A stretch of DNA of 64,000 nucleotides from Octopus sinensis (lineage: Eukaryota). The notes below the pieces were generated by a model. The model searched no databases and was not told the origin of the DNA. It was given only the letters and a program-made list of their open reading frames with translations. Every line of letters starts with the position of its first letter. Position 1 is the first letter of the stretch. Position numbers and translations under genes: made by a program. The stretch is taken from assembly GCF_006345805.1 (NCBI RefSeq), contig NC_043004.1, positions 57,846,001-57,910,000 on the forward strand. The letters run 5' to 3'. Shown in pieces: positions 12,052 to 25,210 of the stretch.

Positions 12052-12310
12052 TAAATTCATTTTTTAAATGTCTTGCTTCGAAAACTGCATTTGGGTACGA
12101 TTAGTTAAATTTTGGTAGCAATGACTTATGTCCCTCCTAGCGCGAGGCATTTATGTGTAATAATGCCCTCTATACAATATAAATTAATATTTTCAAAAGA
12201 AAAAAAATATTTTCGAATTTTTTCTCTTAGGAGGTTTTTCACGCTAACTACCTGATAATTTCTTGTTAAGATTCCTTATTAAGAAGTTATCCTTAATTGT
12301 AATTTATATA

Positions 12311-12368
<58 letters not shown>

Positions 12369-12574
12369 CATACATATACATACATACATGTGTGTGTGTG
12401 TGTGTGTGTGTGGTGTTGTAACTAACGATAAATGTGAGAAGACATGCATCATTAGAAAAGCTTAGTCTGACTGTTTTGTTTTTCAAACTAAATAAATTCA
12501 GATGTATTAATTAGATGATGGCTATAGACCGAAATCCAACTGCCACCCTGTACTCTGAGCAGCTAAGGCAGAAT

Positions 12575-12655
12575 CCCCTCTAAACGGGAATCGAAACCAC
12601 GAACTCCCGATTGTGAGTACAGCACCTTGACCAATGCGACACGCACTTCTCTCCC
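12575..12655 (-). mobile_element. tRNA-derived SINE head remnant
   Basis: Minus strand reads ..CATTGGTCAAGGTGCTG..GGTTTCGATTCCC; decayed, not a functional tRNA. Confidence 0.5.
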
Positions 12656-13461
12656 ACCACATATATATGATGTTAAAATAGATGATTATGTATAATCCCT
12701 ATTATATATATTTATCACAGTAATGAATGAAATAAGTTAAATTCAAAGCCAGTCAATACAAGCATGGAATTTCAAGGCCTGTGTTATCTTTTCTGTGTGA
12801 AATACAGCGAAAGATACGTAAAATTTCCGATTCTGAAATGCCTATGGTCGGATGATTATATTACAAAAGTCACCTTCATCAGCTTTTACATGGCCCAAAT
12901 GCATTAAGAGCTTAAATGAAGTGCCCAAACAGGTAATAGAATCTGAGATTTTACTTCAACGTATTGGTGTTTGCTTTACTACAAATCATTCTTACATTGA
13001 GAATGAGACATCTGGGAGAGATGAAATAATTTATGAGTCCATACCATCTTTATACAGACTTAAATATATACAGCAATTAACATCGTAGTGTTGTCTAACT
13101 CCTCTGCAAAAAGCACGTTAAACCAAACTGTTGCCAAAATGTAAATCTTAACTTAATTATATAATTGCTTAACCCGCATTTCATCAATTACATCAAGTTT
13201 ATTTAAATACCAAATCCATGAAAGAAAAATCCGAGCATATTCAAATACCGACCATAATTTTTTGTCCATATAATCCTTGACAAGCTATATTTTCCGTACC
13301 GAAATAACTATGTTCGAAAGCATAAGAACGTTCAGCTTTAAGTATAACACCTATTTGTTAGATGAAGTTACTAAATTACATACAATTCGTTGTGCTGAAG
13401 GCCGCAATCAGAAATGCATCTAAGAATATACGAAATACATACACATATATATATTTCAATG

Positions 13462-13524
<63 letters not shown>

Positions 13525-14124
13525 GAAGAGAAAGGCGGAGAGAGAATAAGAGAGATGTATATAGCTGCTTTGAGAGATAGACAGTGAAAGGAGTGGATGA
13601 GTAGCTGTGATGCTATCTTCATTATTCTTACGCTGCTAGTTCGATACCTGAATCAGAGCGGTCGTGGTATCTGAGAAAAAACGCTTTTTTCCCGTTTGAT
13701 GTAATTATACTCAGAGGAAAATTGGGTTTTAACCGAGTAGTGTTGCATTCCTCTGTGCTTTGAGCTGAAACATCAAGATGTTTCAGCTAGATCAATGTTG
13801 GGCGACCTGGTGGATGTTTACTTGCAACTACATAGGCACATAAAAAATGACAGAAAGCTTTGTAGTTGCTGCAAAGTTATAACTCGCTTGCGAATATGAT
13901 TAGAGATATACACACTCACATATAGACACATATATAGTCACATATATAATATATAGACATATATTATACACAGACTCATACATGGATGCAGTTTTAAATT
14001 GTTTTAATATTTATTACGTGCCTTATAAAATAAGAATCAGTTGAATACTGGGGTAGATGTAAACGACTTACTCTCTCCACAATTGCTGGCTGTGTGCCAA
14101 ACTTCAAACCAATATTTATTACAT

Positions 14125-14350
14125 GACTTTAAGGCGTTGAACTTACTGGGTCGTTAGTATGCTGAGCTAAAATTCTTAGCAGTCTTTCATCCGAATTCAC
14201 GCTCTGAATTCAAATTCCGCCATGGTTGACTTTGCCTATCATGCCTTCGGAGTCGATAAAATAAGAACTAATCAAGCACATGGATCTATGTAATGGACCT
14301 GCCCTCCCTCATGAAATTGCCGGCCTTGTGCCAAAATTTGAAACCAATTT
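14125..14350 (+). mobile_element. SINE family B (old copy)
   Basis: Homology to family B. Confidence 0.7.
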
Positions 14351-15685
14351 TTACTACATGCCAACTATTCTTTAGGAAAATGACATAAAATCGATGCTGT
14401 ATAGTCCAGTGAAGCATGTCTCGTACACACTTTAGACATAGTTTATTGAGCAGAAGTAGATGAAAAAATTAGGACGGAGTTGCCTGATTTCTTTAAGAAA
14501 ATAAAGGGACAAAAAGAATGTGTTCAGAAATATTAGTCTTGCTATTTTGAATTTCTGTTAGCTAGTTGCATTATTATTTGATTCAACATTGATTTCTAGC
14601 ACTTTATCACAAATTAGCGATTGATTCAATCGAGATTAGTATTCATTTTAGAGTCTCCAGAATGACTGGAAATCAGAATCGAAGAGAATTAACTAATCGT
14701 AAAGTGATATTGCGTTTGACACTGTACCACTTTTGCCAATCATTACATTTTATTTATTTATTTTAAAGATAGAACATCGATATCATGGAATTTTGGATCG
14801 AAAGCCTTTCAAGATTACTGATTTTTCCGAACCAGGTTTGGTCCACCTTGGTCAGCATAATCTAAGTTTAAGAAATTTTTTGTTTTCAAATTTTGCCTGA
14901 CGCGCTAAAAATTATTCCGGGTTCGCCGCCTTTAAGGTAAAGAAATATTGCATGTAACTTAAATAATTAGATGGATTAAGATACACCAACATTAGTATGA
15001 TTGATACAAGTTTATTAATTCTATACTATGTAAGGCACCAACAAGCTCTTGGTCTAATACAGAGTACACTGGACGACGTGCGAGACGCTAGTCGACAAAT
15101 GCAAATGCTCCACTACTTTTTAGCGAATGATCTCATTGCCTGTGCGCAAGTCTTTGGTTCCTCCTGCAGGGAGTCTATTTTTCTCTCAGGAGTCCGGCAC
15201 CGTCTCTATGCTCGTTTGTCTTTCTTGAACGGGAAAATATGTTCCCACAAAACACCTGAGGTAATTTCGAGATATTTGAAATATATCTAAGGAATACACC
15301 TATGTTAACAAATAGCATCTGGGCAGGTATAATATGAAGGATGTCTAAAATAAATAGCAGTTATAATTTTTAGAGTAACACATTGGACGTATAACAATCT
15401 CAACCTCAAAAAGAATTGCTCAATGGTAAAAAGATCGCCGTTCACAGATTAAAATTTGTTTGACCTATCAGGTTATTTCCTAGATAAACTAACTTCCACA
15501 AAGGTCAAGATCATATGTTTAGCTATCACTCCCAAAAATCTATGAAGCGCTCGTCAATCGACCGTAGCATTTCCATGTCAATACCCGCAATTACTAGAAA
15601 CTTGTTAAGCAGCTTTTATCTTCTGTGGATCGAACTAACGTCGGATTTAACTAGATTTCCTATTGAAATGACGTTCATGATTGAC

Positions 15686-15750
<65 letters not shown>

Positions 15751-15991
15751 AAAATGGATGTATGTATATGTCAATGTGTTTGTGCAAGAGCACCCGTGTG
15801 TGCATGGTTACGAGTGCGCGTGTGTATGTGTGTAAGTAGCGGGTCAATGACACACCGTTGGTGATTAGACAAATAAAATACTGATAACATCAGCAATATA
15901 AAGAAAAATGTACTATTGGCACATTATAATTTTGCAAGTGATGGAAGACAGTGGCTGCCGTAAGCTAATGACTGAAGCAAATTAGAGATAA

Positions 15992-16071
<80 letters not shown>

Positions 16072-16968
16072 CGAGATCTGATCAATAAGTATCCAGACTG
16101 TTGCCGTAGTAACGATGCTAAAACACGCAGAGGAAAGCCGCTTGACACAGATTAACCTCGGATTCCACTTTGCATACGCCATTAAGTTCTGACGTTCTAG
16201 CTCACTTCCGCTGTTTGCAGCAGTGGTTGGAAAGAACGTGTCTGGAGTGTGGTCGTCGCATTGACCATGACAGAGAAAGTTGTCATGTCGATAACTGCTC
16301 AGAGGCCTACGCAAAGTTACAGAAAGTGTATGGATAGGAGAGGGTGAGTCGCACACAAGTGCACGAATCGTTCAAACGTTTCCAAGATGGCCAAAATAAT
16401 GTCGATATTGACGAATGTTCTGAGAGACCTGCAACCAGCAGAACTAAGAAAAGCATTGCAAATGTGCGTGCAACTGTGAGGGGACATTTTCGAATCACCA
16501 TCCATGAAATATCAGAGAATGTACAGATTAGCTACGTCACAGTTCCATCCATTATCATTGAAGATTTGGGTATGAGACGCGTTTTCTGCCAAGCTTGTGC
16601 CAAAACTGCTTTCAGCTGACCAAAAGGACACTCGGGTTTCAGTTGCACAACATCTCCTTGGTTGTATCGAAAACAATGAAAACTTTCTGAAAAATTTACG
16701 CAGGCCTCTCGGCAGGTATATCCAAGCTGTCGGCAAAATTTGATGCAGTTTCTCTGCTCAACTTTCTCCGTCATGATCAATGCGACGATCACATGCTACA
16801 CACCTTCCTTCCAAGAACTGCTGTAAACAGTGGATGTGAGCTAGAACGTTAAAACATATTGTGCATAACCTGCAGTATTAAAAGGCCAATCTGTGCCTTG
16901 CAGCTTTACTCTGCGTGCCTCAGTTTTGTTACTATGGCAACAGTCCGGATACTTATTGATCATTCTTG
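16072..16968. mobile_element. Mariner derivative built from two 5' ends in inverted orientation
   Basis: ~40-bp TIRs, TA on both sides; plus strand encodes a decayed transposase N-terminus (SRTQVHESFKRFQDG..LGMRRV..LVPKLL); minus arm 16695-16968 encodes MTEKVEQRNCIKFC. Confidence 0.85.
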
Positions 16969-17141
16969 TATACATATAAACAAACATACACACACACACG
17001 CGCACAAACACACGCGCACAAACACACACATACATGTATACATTTAAACAAACTAATTGAATTATACGTATTTGTCCAAATTATTATAATTAATATTATT
17101 ATTACTATTATTATTATTATACATAAGTGCATGTTTATATA

Positions 17142-17184
<43 letters not shown>

Positions 17185-17190
<6 letters not shown>

Positions 17191-17667
17191 TATAAAAGTA
17201 AATAAATGGCACAACGAAGCACCGAAAAATAGCGATCGTATTACTGGAAAATAGCGATCGTAATAAATTCGACGCTAATGTATAGCTTCACTGCGTATGT
17301 ACTAGTAAAGATGCGTGTGTGCAACAAACATGAAAAAAATTGTCTTACCTCTAGGAAGAACATCTGAAAAATGAAAAACCTAGAAACGGATAATGCAGGA
17401 CCGGTTTCAGACTCTTCAAAATACGTTTGCCAACGTATATTTGATTTGTCCTCATCAGCTGCATAAACCTGGACAACATTTCAAATGTTGCCACATCTAT
17501 GCCAGTACACTCGTCTGAACGCCAAAACGTTAAGAGAACGAGAACAGTGAAGAAGTTTCAATGAAAATAGTAATGCAATACGAAAGTATTGCTTTCCAGT
17601 AAAGGATAGCCCTTAAGGGTAAAATTATACATATAAAAGTAAATAAATGGCACAACGAAGCACCGAT
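17185..17667 (-). mobile_element. ~440-bp unit bounded by ~38-bp direct repeats and carrying a hammerhead
   Basis: ATATAAAAGTAAATAAATGGCACAACGAAGCACCGA at ~17190 and ~17632; (TA)n on both sides. Confidence 0.7.
17393..17464 (-). ncRNA. Type I hammerhead ribozyme, intact core
   Basis: ATGCAG-CTGATGA-GGAC..GTCT-GAAA-CCGG-TC-CTGCAT; perfect 6-bp stem I, long stem II, palindromic ACCGGT helix III, GUC triplet. Confidence 0.9.
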
Positions 17668-17692
17668 ATTTAATTTCGTATTGCATTACACT

Positions 17693-17732
<40 letters not shown>

Positions 17733-17736
<4 letters not shown>

Positions 17737-17825
17737 AACTCCGTCAGTCACGACGACGAGAGTTCCGGTTGTTCCCATCAACGGAACAGCGTGCACGTGA
17801 AATTAACACGCAAGTGGCTGAGCAA
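17733..17825 (-). mobile_element. 3' fragment of SINE family D
   Basis: Homologous to ~48185-48275. Confidence 0.7.
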
Positions 17826-18410
17826 TCTATGGCAATCTATATTTATTTATGCCGTTATTTATTTATTCATTGCAATACAGATACAACTCATTTTGGCAGC
17901 GAGTCCAGTTTACGACCTCACAATTGGATCGTCAGTAGAATACTCTAAACACTAAGCCACGAGCCTTTACACACACGCTCGCCGCAAACATACACATCGT
18001 TCTTCGATAAAGGACAAAAAAAATCCGCTACCTTTCTTCTTACGCCTCGATTCTCAGGATTTTACATATGTGTATTCACAAAATAAACACAGGCACACAC
18101 ACACACACAGACTTACGTACACATATTCTTTTATTTTCTTGGACACTAACATATCGCTTGCATACACACATGCGTTTGTGTACTTCTTATAATCTTTCTT
18201 CGATCACTTGGCAACAGATTGTGCGTCGATTACTGCAAAAGTAACACACACTTTCTTTAAGCTTAAACGAATCTAGGTCTTGTATTTATGTTCCTGACAA
18301 GGATTAAAAATACAATGTATGTCAATCTGTCGCTGCAGTTGCGTCAAGAAGAAATTATTTTTTTAATGATTACGCACCTAAGTTAGTACATGTTTTTTTT
18401 TCTAGAACTA

Positions 18411-18618
18411 CAGTAATCCCTCGACTATCGCGGGTTTTACGTTCCAACCCCGCCCCGTGATAGATGAAAATCCGCAAAGTAGAAACAGTACTGCATTTTT
18501 GCATTATTATTTTTATAATTTTTATATATTTATTTCATTATAAATGCAAAAGAGCACCACGGAAGAATCGACGTCATAAACCGCGATAGGTGAACCGCGA
18601 TATGACGAGAGATTACTG
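18411..18618. mobile_element. pogo/Tigger-type MITE
   Basis: TIR CAGTAATCCCTCG..CGAGAGATTACTG, TA on both sides, 208 bp, subterminal CCGCGA motifs. Confidence 0.8.
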
Positions 18619-19376
18619 TATACTTTATCGCCGAAGAAGAGAAATATTTCAGTGGCTAAACTACTGAGCTCAATACTCGTATGTCATGAGTCCATATCTT
18701 CTTTGTATGTTCAATCCTTTTTTATTCTTTCTTTAGAGGTGAACACTTTATCTTTCATTGCTACCTGACACATAACTGCTCCCTAATATGTGATAAATAT
18801 TTGGGAATTTCATACAAAGTAGACCATTGCCCTATATAGGGAGAGAAAGTTATTTCTCATCTCGAATACGGTATTAAGCCCATGGAAAATTTTCAGTTTT
18901 CACTTTGCTTCCTGTATATTTTTTTGTAAATTTCACTATCATATTACATAATTTCAATGCCTTCATTAAGACAGGGTTTGATAAATTTGCGGGTGCATAT
19001 CTGTGTTTTGTATGTGTCTGTGCTTTTGATGCGTGTGTAAATCTGAGCACATATCAATACATTTCCCATTAAAGCTCTTGACAAAAACAATATATATTTA
19101 AGTGCGATATAACGTGCATCAAAGTAATTAGTTTAAAAAAATGCAATTATACTCAACATTAGAAGAATTTAGCGTTAATGAGAATTCTCTGTAGGAGTCT
19201 CTTTACCAATCTTGTCATTAACTGTTTTCCTTCTAATTATCGAAATATTTTCAATAGATTATGCATTCTGTTTGAGATATAAAAAAAATTAAAATATCAT
19301 CTACTCCCAGATAGCGGATAGAGAAACTGTCTCAAGATAAGGAGGTTCGCGAATATAAAAAAAGCGTTATTATTGA

Positions 19377-19537
19377 CCAGGTATAGGCTACTTTTGGCAT
19401 GACATAGGCTATCTTTGGCAAGGCATAGGCTAGTATTGGCAAGGTATAGGATAATTTTGGTACGGCATAGGCTGGGTTTGGCAAGGCATGGGCTATTTCT
19501 GGCAAGGCATAAGCTACTTTTGGCAAGGAATAAGCTT
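19377..19537. repeat. 21-bp minisatellite, ~7.7 copies, open frame on the minus strand (LPKVAYA-like heptads)
   Basis: Unit CAAGGCATAGGCTACTTTTGG; no indels across units. Confidence 0.9.
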
Positions 19538-20689
19538 GGAGAAAATACAGGCTATTTTTCACAAGGCAAGTAGGGTTACAATTGAAGAATTTGGAAACGG
19601 ACATTCACTGACCAACGGGAACCCACATGTTGTGCACACGAAGTTCATGCATTACCAAAATATATCCCTATTGATAATTATCGATTATAGCGGTAGTCAT
19701 CGAAGATATTGGACAACGACAGATTACAATAGTGCACTTGCCCGAAACAGTTCGAAGAGATTAAGCATTTCATATCACGTAAGTTATCCGAGATTTAAGC
19801 ATAATAGTTAAATTTCAAGTTGGAGAAGCAGAAGCTATTAATATACACATAGATTCTTAAGTTCACATCTATTTGATAATCCAAATGATTGGTGATGACA
19901 AAACAGTCCCAGTTTGTATATAGGTTCTGTTGTAGTAAGACAAGTCAAATTGGTAAATGGTATGCATTTAGATAAATAATCTATGAAATGACGTATTAAA
20001 TATCGTAGTCAGAACATTCTGAACTGTGCATGACTGAAAGACTTTTAAGTACAGTACAGTTGTTTCCTCCGATCGACGAAGTACATTTTAGGTCGATCAT
20101 CATTAGATAATTCTTTGTCATTTCAACCCATAACCTCGAATTGCTGCTTTTCAGCTTATATCAGTTTACTTGCGTGATAAGATGTAAACATTAAATAATC
20201 TCTGTGTGCTATTTTCTGTCTGTCTGTCTCTTTTACCCTCTTACTTTATATAAATATATATATATATGCATGTCTGTGTGTGCGTGTGTGTGTTAAGTTT
20301 AGCCATAAAACTAAGATCACTGGCTTACAATTTGATCCACAGTGACAAATAATGTTATGTGATATGCCACAAATGGTAACTTATTGATTTATTGAAATTA
20401 TCTATATTTCTGAGAACTATCGCTAGGTGGCATGCCATGTAAAGACCAAATATTATCTTTGAATTTAGCCAGTATCACTTGTATACATACCATACATACT
20501 ACACACATACACGTTATATACATATACATACACCACTCAATACATATATATATATATATATATGCGTGCGATGTGTTCGAACTAAATTTGACGACCATTT
20601 ATGTCCTCTTTTTTTCAACGATAGCTTGACGTATTGATGTAACCTTGCGAGAAGGATGATTAAATTTGTAGTTGAGAAAAAAAGTAAGC

Positions 20690-21660
20690 TGGTATGGAGG
20701 ACTGTAAGCCATCTGAAAATTGGAAAAGCGTTATCTGCTTAATGATGATTCGTTGTAAAGAGTATAAGATATGAACAGCTTCATCGGAGACAGCAAACCT
20801 GTGGACAGGATAACAGGATAGAACAAGCAGGGGTTCACACTGCGTTTGCACACCGGAAGTCATTTACCAACAGCAGAATAAGGTGATGGAAGATCTAAAC
20901 CGGGAAATCCAATATTTGGCGAGAGAGGTAAGTGTTGGAATCGATATTATAGAGATGTCTCTCAATGAGGACATTTGCTACCACTCGTGCAAGAAGTGCA
21001 ATAATCAAATTCTGAGCGCCAAAGCCAAGGATAACTTTGTAAGGCAAAGGAACTCCTAAACAAGCTTAGGTATCTTGCTGAGCTGAGGATAATCTGGTTC
21101 TTTTCAGATGAAAACAAAACTTGTATTCAGAACAAACTTTACCTATAATCCATATAATGTCCCATGTATGATGAAAATCAAATGCTCCCAAACTATGATG
21201 GTCTTTGAGTATGTCTCCTCTGACAGTGGCATGGACTCAGTTTAGAAGGCTGTGTAAAGCTGCTGCTGACTGTGGTTAATTCCCGCTGGAAAAGATTACT
21301 GCTTGCTGGAAGTATATGTGGAAGTAAGATTCGGCTCCGGGAGCAGTCTGAAGTGGTTGTCAGAGAATCGCTACGACTTCACCATTCCCAATTTCTGGCC
21401 TTTTAATTCTCCCTACTGAAATCCGACGGACTACTGCATGTGTAAGAACAGTTGAGAAGGACACAAACCGTCCTTCCTGCTACTCCAAGGCCGAGTTGGT
21501 GGCCAAGATGTTGGTGAACAAGATGTTCAAAGATCTTTCAAGGAACGAAATGAGGAACGCATGCACCAAGTTCCAGAACCGTCTGGGGCAGCAGTGAAAA
21601 GAGAAGGTGGGGATTGGAGCAAACTATTAGCCATAATTTAGTAGCTATTTCTTGACACTG
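20690..21660 (+). pseudogene. Decayed Tc1/mariner transposase, maT/DD37D-like
   Basis: Residual motifs WFFSDEN (~21097), MVFEYVSSD and FWPFNSPY*NPTDY (~21392); many frameshifts. Confidence 0.7.
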
Positions 21661-21765
21661 TTATTTTTGGATGGAATATTGTTTCCATTTCTTTTTGTGC
21701 AAATCGTCAAATGTTGCTCGAAATACCAGTATATATACATAAACATAGATACATACACACGCATA

Positions 21766-21805
<40 letters not shown>

Positions 21806-22419
21806 AACTCATACATACCTACACACATATGTATGTATATATATATATATATATAAATATATATATAGACTTACATACCTACACATATGTATGTATATAT
21901 ATATATATATATTTATAAAATATATATATAAATGTGCGTGTCTATATGTATGTATGCATGTACGTATGTATGTAGAAGGACGTATGTGTATATATGTATA
22001 TATGTGTGTGGCATATAAATATATATATTATATATATATGTATATATATATTATATATATATATATATATAATAAATATTAGGGAATAAATCCAAATTTA
22101 CAAGGAAAAATCAGATTTAAGTCTTTCTTTGTTTGATTTGCATAATAGTGGTTTTGTCTCTAATTTATTATAATATATATATATATGCACACTTATAGAT
22201 TCGTGATGCTCAACACGTATGCCAGTGTGAAGTATTACGCGTAATACACTTGTCAAAAAATATATTCATAACATCATATGACGAAAGAAAAGCAAGCAAA
22301 TATTACTGTACCTGCTGTACATAAGGGGACAAAAAATCAATGCAATAAGAATAATATATATAAAGCAAAATAATACTAATAATGACAACACAAGCAACAA
22401 CAAGAAATAAAAAGAAAAA

Positions 22420-22550
22420 AATAATAATTAGAAGAAGAAGAAGAAAAAGAAGAAAAAGAAGAAGAAGAAGAAAAAGAAGAAGAAAGAAGAAGAAAATGAA
22501 GAAAAGAGGAAGAAAATGAAGAAAAAGAAGAGGAAGAGGAGAAGAAGAAG
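22420..22550 (+). repeat. (GAA)n microsatellite
   Basis: Direct inspection. Confidence 0.95.
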
Positions 22551-22650
22551 NNNNNNNNNNNNNNNNNNNNNNNNNNNNNNNNNNNNNNNNNNNNNNNNNN
22601 NNNNNNNNNNNNNNNNNNNNNNNNNNNNNNNNNNNNNNNNNNNNNNNNNN
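22551..22650. other. Assembly gap (100 N)
   Basis: Run of N between two microsatellites. Confidence 1.
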
Positions 22651-22776
22651 CTCAGGCAGACAGACAGATAGATACTCAGACAGACAGACAGATAGATACT
22701 CAGACAGACAGACAGATAGATACTCAGACAGACAGACAGATAGGTACTCAGACAGACAGATAGATAGATAGATACT

Positions 22777-22870
<94 letters not shown>

Positions 22871-22945
22871 CTTAGATAGACAGACAGACAAGTAGATAGA
22901 TACTTAGACACAGAGAGAGACGGACAGATAGACGGACAGACAGAC
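22651..22945 (+). repeat. (AGAT)n/(AGAC)n array with a 24-bp higher-order unit
   Basis: CTCAGACAGACAGACAGATAGATA x4, then pure (AGAT)n. Confidence 0.9.
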
Positions 22946-24634
22946 AGACTCATACTATATTTTTCTTCCCCACTAAATGTTTATTGTGCATTCATGGTAG
23001 TCTTAAAGGGTTATGGACTTTTAGAGCTTTGTTTAAACTCGGCACACTGGCGCTCTAATGACATTGAAAGGATCTTACTTTCATCAAAACTTTTGGAAAT
23101 AAATTCTGATCATGTACTTAATGATTTTATACATTTGGTGAAAATGGAGTAATTTTCATCATTAAAGATTTCACATAAGTGGAGTATTTATTACAAAATT
23201 CACTATGACTTAGGTAGTATTGAAATTACAAGTACTGTTATCTTTCAAATGCTGCAGGTATCTTCATGATATAAAGTTTTATCTAATTATATTCTGAAAA
23301 GTGGGCCTGAGATTAAATACTCGGTTCTAAAATTGCTACATTTAGGAAATGCCTCTTGCTTGGTACTAACGCAGGCCCTTGGTAATATCAGATTTTCCTT
23401 TCAATAAAATATTTAGATATATTATATTATGGTGACATAATTTGGTTACACCAGTAAGCGATGGTTCAGTTTTGTGGGATCCAAACTTATATGTTCATGA
23501 AAGCCACTGTTTCTGAGGACTTTGCTACAGTAGCTTGCGGCTCAAATGCTTATTTTTCTCGTTTAAGAATACCAGTTTTTTATAGCTACAATCGTATCTA
23601 ATGAATATCCGAGAGATATAAGACTTTAAGTAAGAGAATGATGAATGTAGGACGCTGGCATGACAGAAAGAATTAAGTAGTTCCATTTACAATCATTAGA
23701 CGCCATATTCGATCTTACTGACATTTTGATCATGTGTCATATATCTTATTTAAATATAACCAAGACATACCATATATCTTGGTACTATTTCAAAGAATAA
23801 GATGTTGAGTTGAATGCACCAGCTTGAAGCTCATATGTCGTTCTCGACACGAAAGTCCACCACATGTGTGTGTGTGTGTGTGTGGTGTGTGTGTGTGTGT
23901 GCATACACTATATGTATGAATGTTGGAGTGTCAGGTGCAATGGTAGGATCTGTTCGTATGTGAACGATAGACATGTGAGGGAGTTTGGGGGTAAGTATTA
24001 GTGAAGTACGTGTAGGCCTATTGAGAAAACTGAAACATAGATATTACTGTGTAGAAATTTGTTTGAAATTCTATCTAACCACACGCTTATAGATGTATTA
24101 CATACATATTGATGTATTACATACACACACTTATAGATGTATTACATACATGCATAAATACATACATACATATATGTTTCTGCAAATATTAATGGTTGTG
24201 GCTGCTTCAGCTTAATTCTATTACTAAAAGTCTCATTCTAATAATGAAATGTTTGCCAGAGAAAGCAGTAAATACAATATATAATTGCTGATCGATCGTA
24301 CAGCTTTGCTAAGGACAACGTGTGTTCTCAAGAGGAATGTGGCAATTCAATTTCATCTTATCTCATTCAATTTAGTCAATTAACTCTAAAACATGCTGCA
24401 AATAAAGTAAAAGTTCAATTCACCTTTGTTCGGGGCTTAATACTGTTTGTTTATTTCTGGTTTATACATACAGCAATAAAAATTCTTTCTTTTTAGATTT
24501 TCATTGAATCAACTTTATCAGATATAATAAAATTTCATCAAACACGCATGTATATCATATGCATACGGCCATGATATTACATACTTCTATTCAAATTTCG
24601 TAGACTAAGTAGGTCTGTTTGAATAGGTAAATAG

Positions 24635-24666
24635 CCTGACGCTACTCATTTCCCCTCCAGGTATGA
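24635..24666 (+). promoter_or_regulatory. Candidate recursive splice site (weaker)
   Basis: CCTGAC branch-like motif, pyrimidine tract, CAG|GTATGA at 24660/24661. Confidence 0.3.
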
Positions 24667-24824
24667 CAGACCACTGGTTTCTGCATGGGAGATATTTCCT
24701 GCTTTTTGAATTTGCATTATCCATCTTGCTCGGGGTTTCTTAAATCACTTTGGGGCCAGGTTTAATAACTGGTCTATTTGCCTCTTGAGAAAAATTCTTC
24801 TAAGGTATATGATATTGATTTCAA

Positions 24825-25210
24825 ATTTTGGCATGAGACCAGTAATTTCGGGATTACATCGACTCCATAATTAAGCTGGCACTAACTTTATCGATCCCGA
24901 AAGGATGAAAGGCAAAGAGGAACTCTGCGGCATTTGTATTCAGAATGCAAAAAAAAACAACGAAATGCCACTGAGCGTTTTGCTCGCCACCTTCTAAGCT
25001 ATAAGATATTTATTTCTTTATTGCCCACAGGGAGCTAAACATAGAGACGACAAACAAAGGGATTAAATCTAGTACTTATTTAATCGACCCCGAAAGGATG
25101 AAAAGCAAAGTCAACCTCGGCGGAATTTCAACTCAGAACGTATCGGCAGACGAAACACTACTCAGCATTTCGCCCGGCGTACTAAAGATTCTGCCAGCTC
25201 GCCACCTTTC
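24825..25210 (-). mobile_element. Two adjacent SINE family B copies
   Basis: Homology to family B. Confidence 0.75.

Larger units (their letters stand above)
11531..12180. mobile_element. ~650-bp palindromic PLE-type element with a hammerhead in each arm
   Basis: Arms ~11531-11800 and ~11905-12180 are near-perfect inverted repeats; nested hairpins and duplication in the centre. Confidence 0.8.

Noticed and set aside
12820-12890. Isolated CTGATGA-type hits (12876, 36659, 48144, 50615, 23514, 33625, 55679)
   Set aside because: No properly placed GAAA/NUH and no stem I complementarity.
13340-13430. GAAA-TGCA-TC-TAAG with upstream GATGA
   Set aside because: Lacks C3-U4 and a defined stem II; could be chance.
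15190-15260. 71-nt stretch with acceptor TTCTCTCAG and donor GAG|GTAATT
   Set aside because: One open frame (VRHRLYARLSFLNGKICSHKTPE) but no recognisable protein; such site pairs occur by chance in 64 kb.
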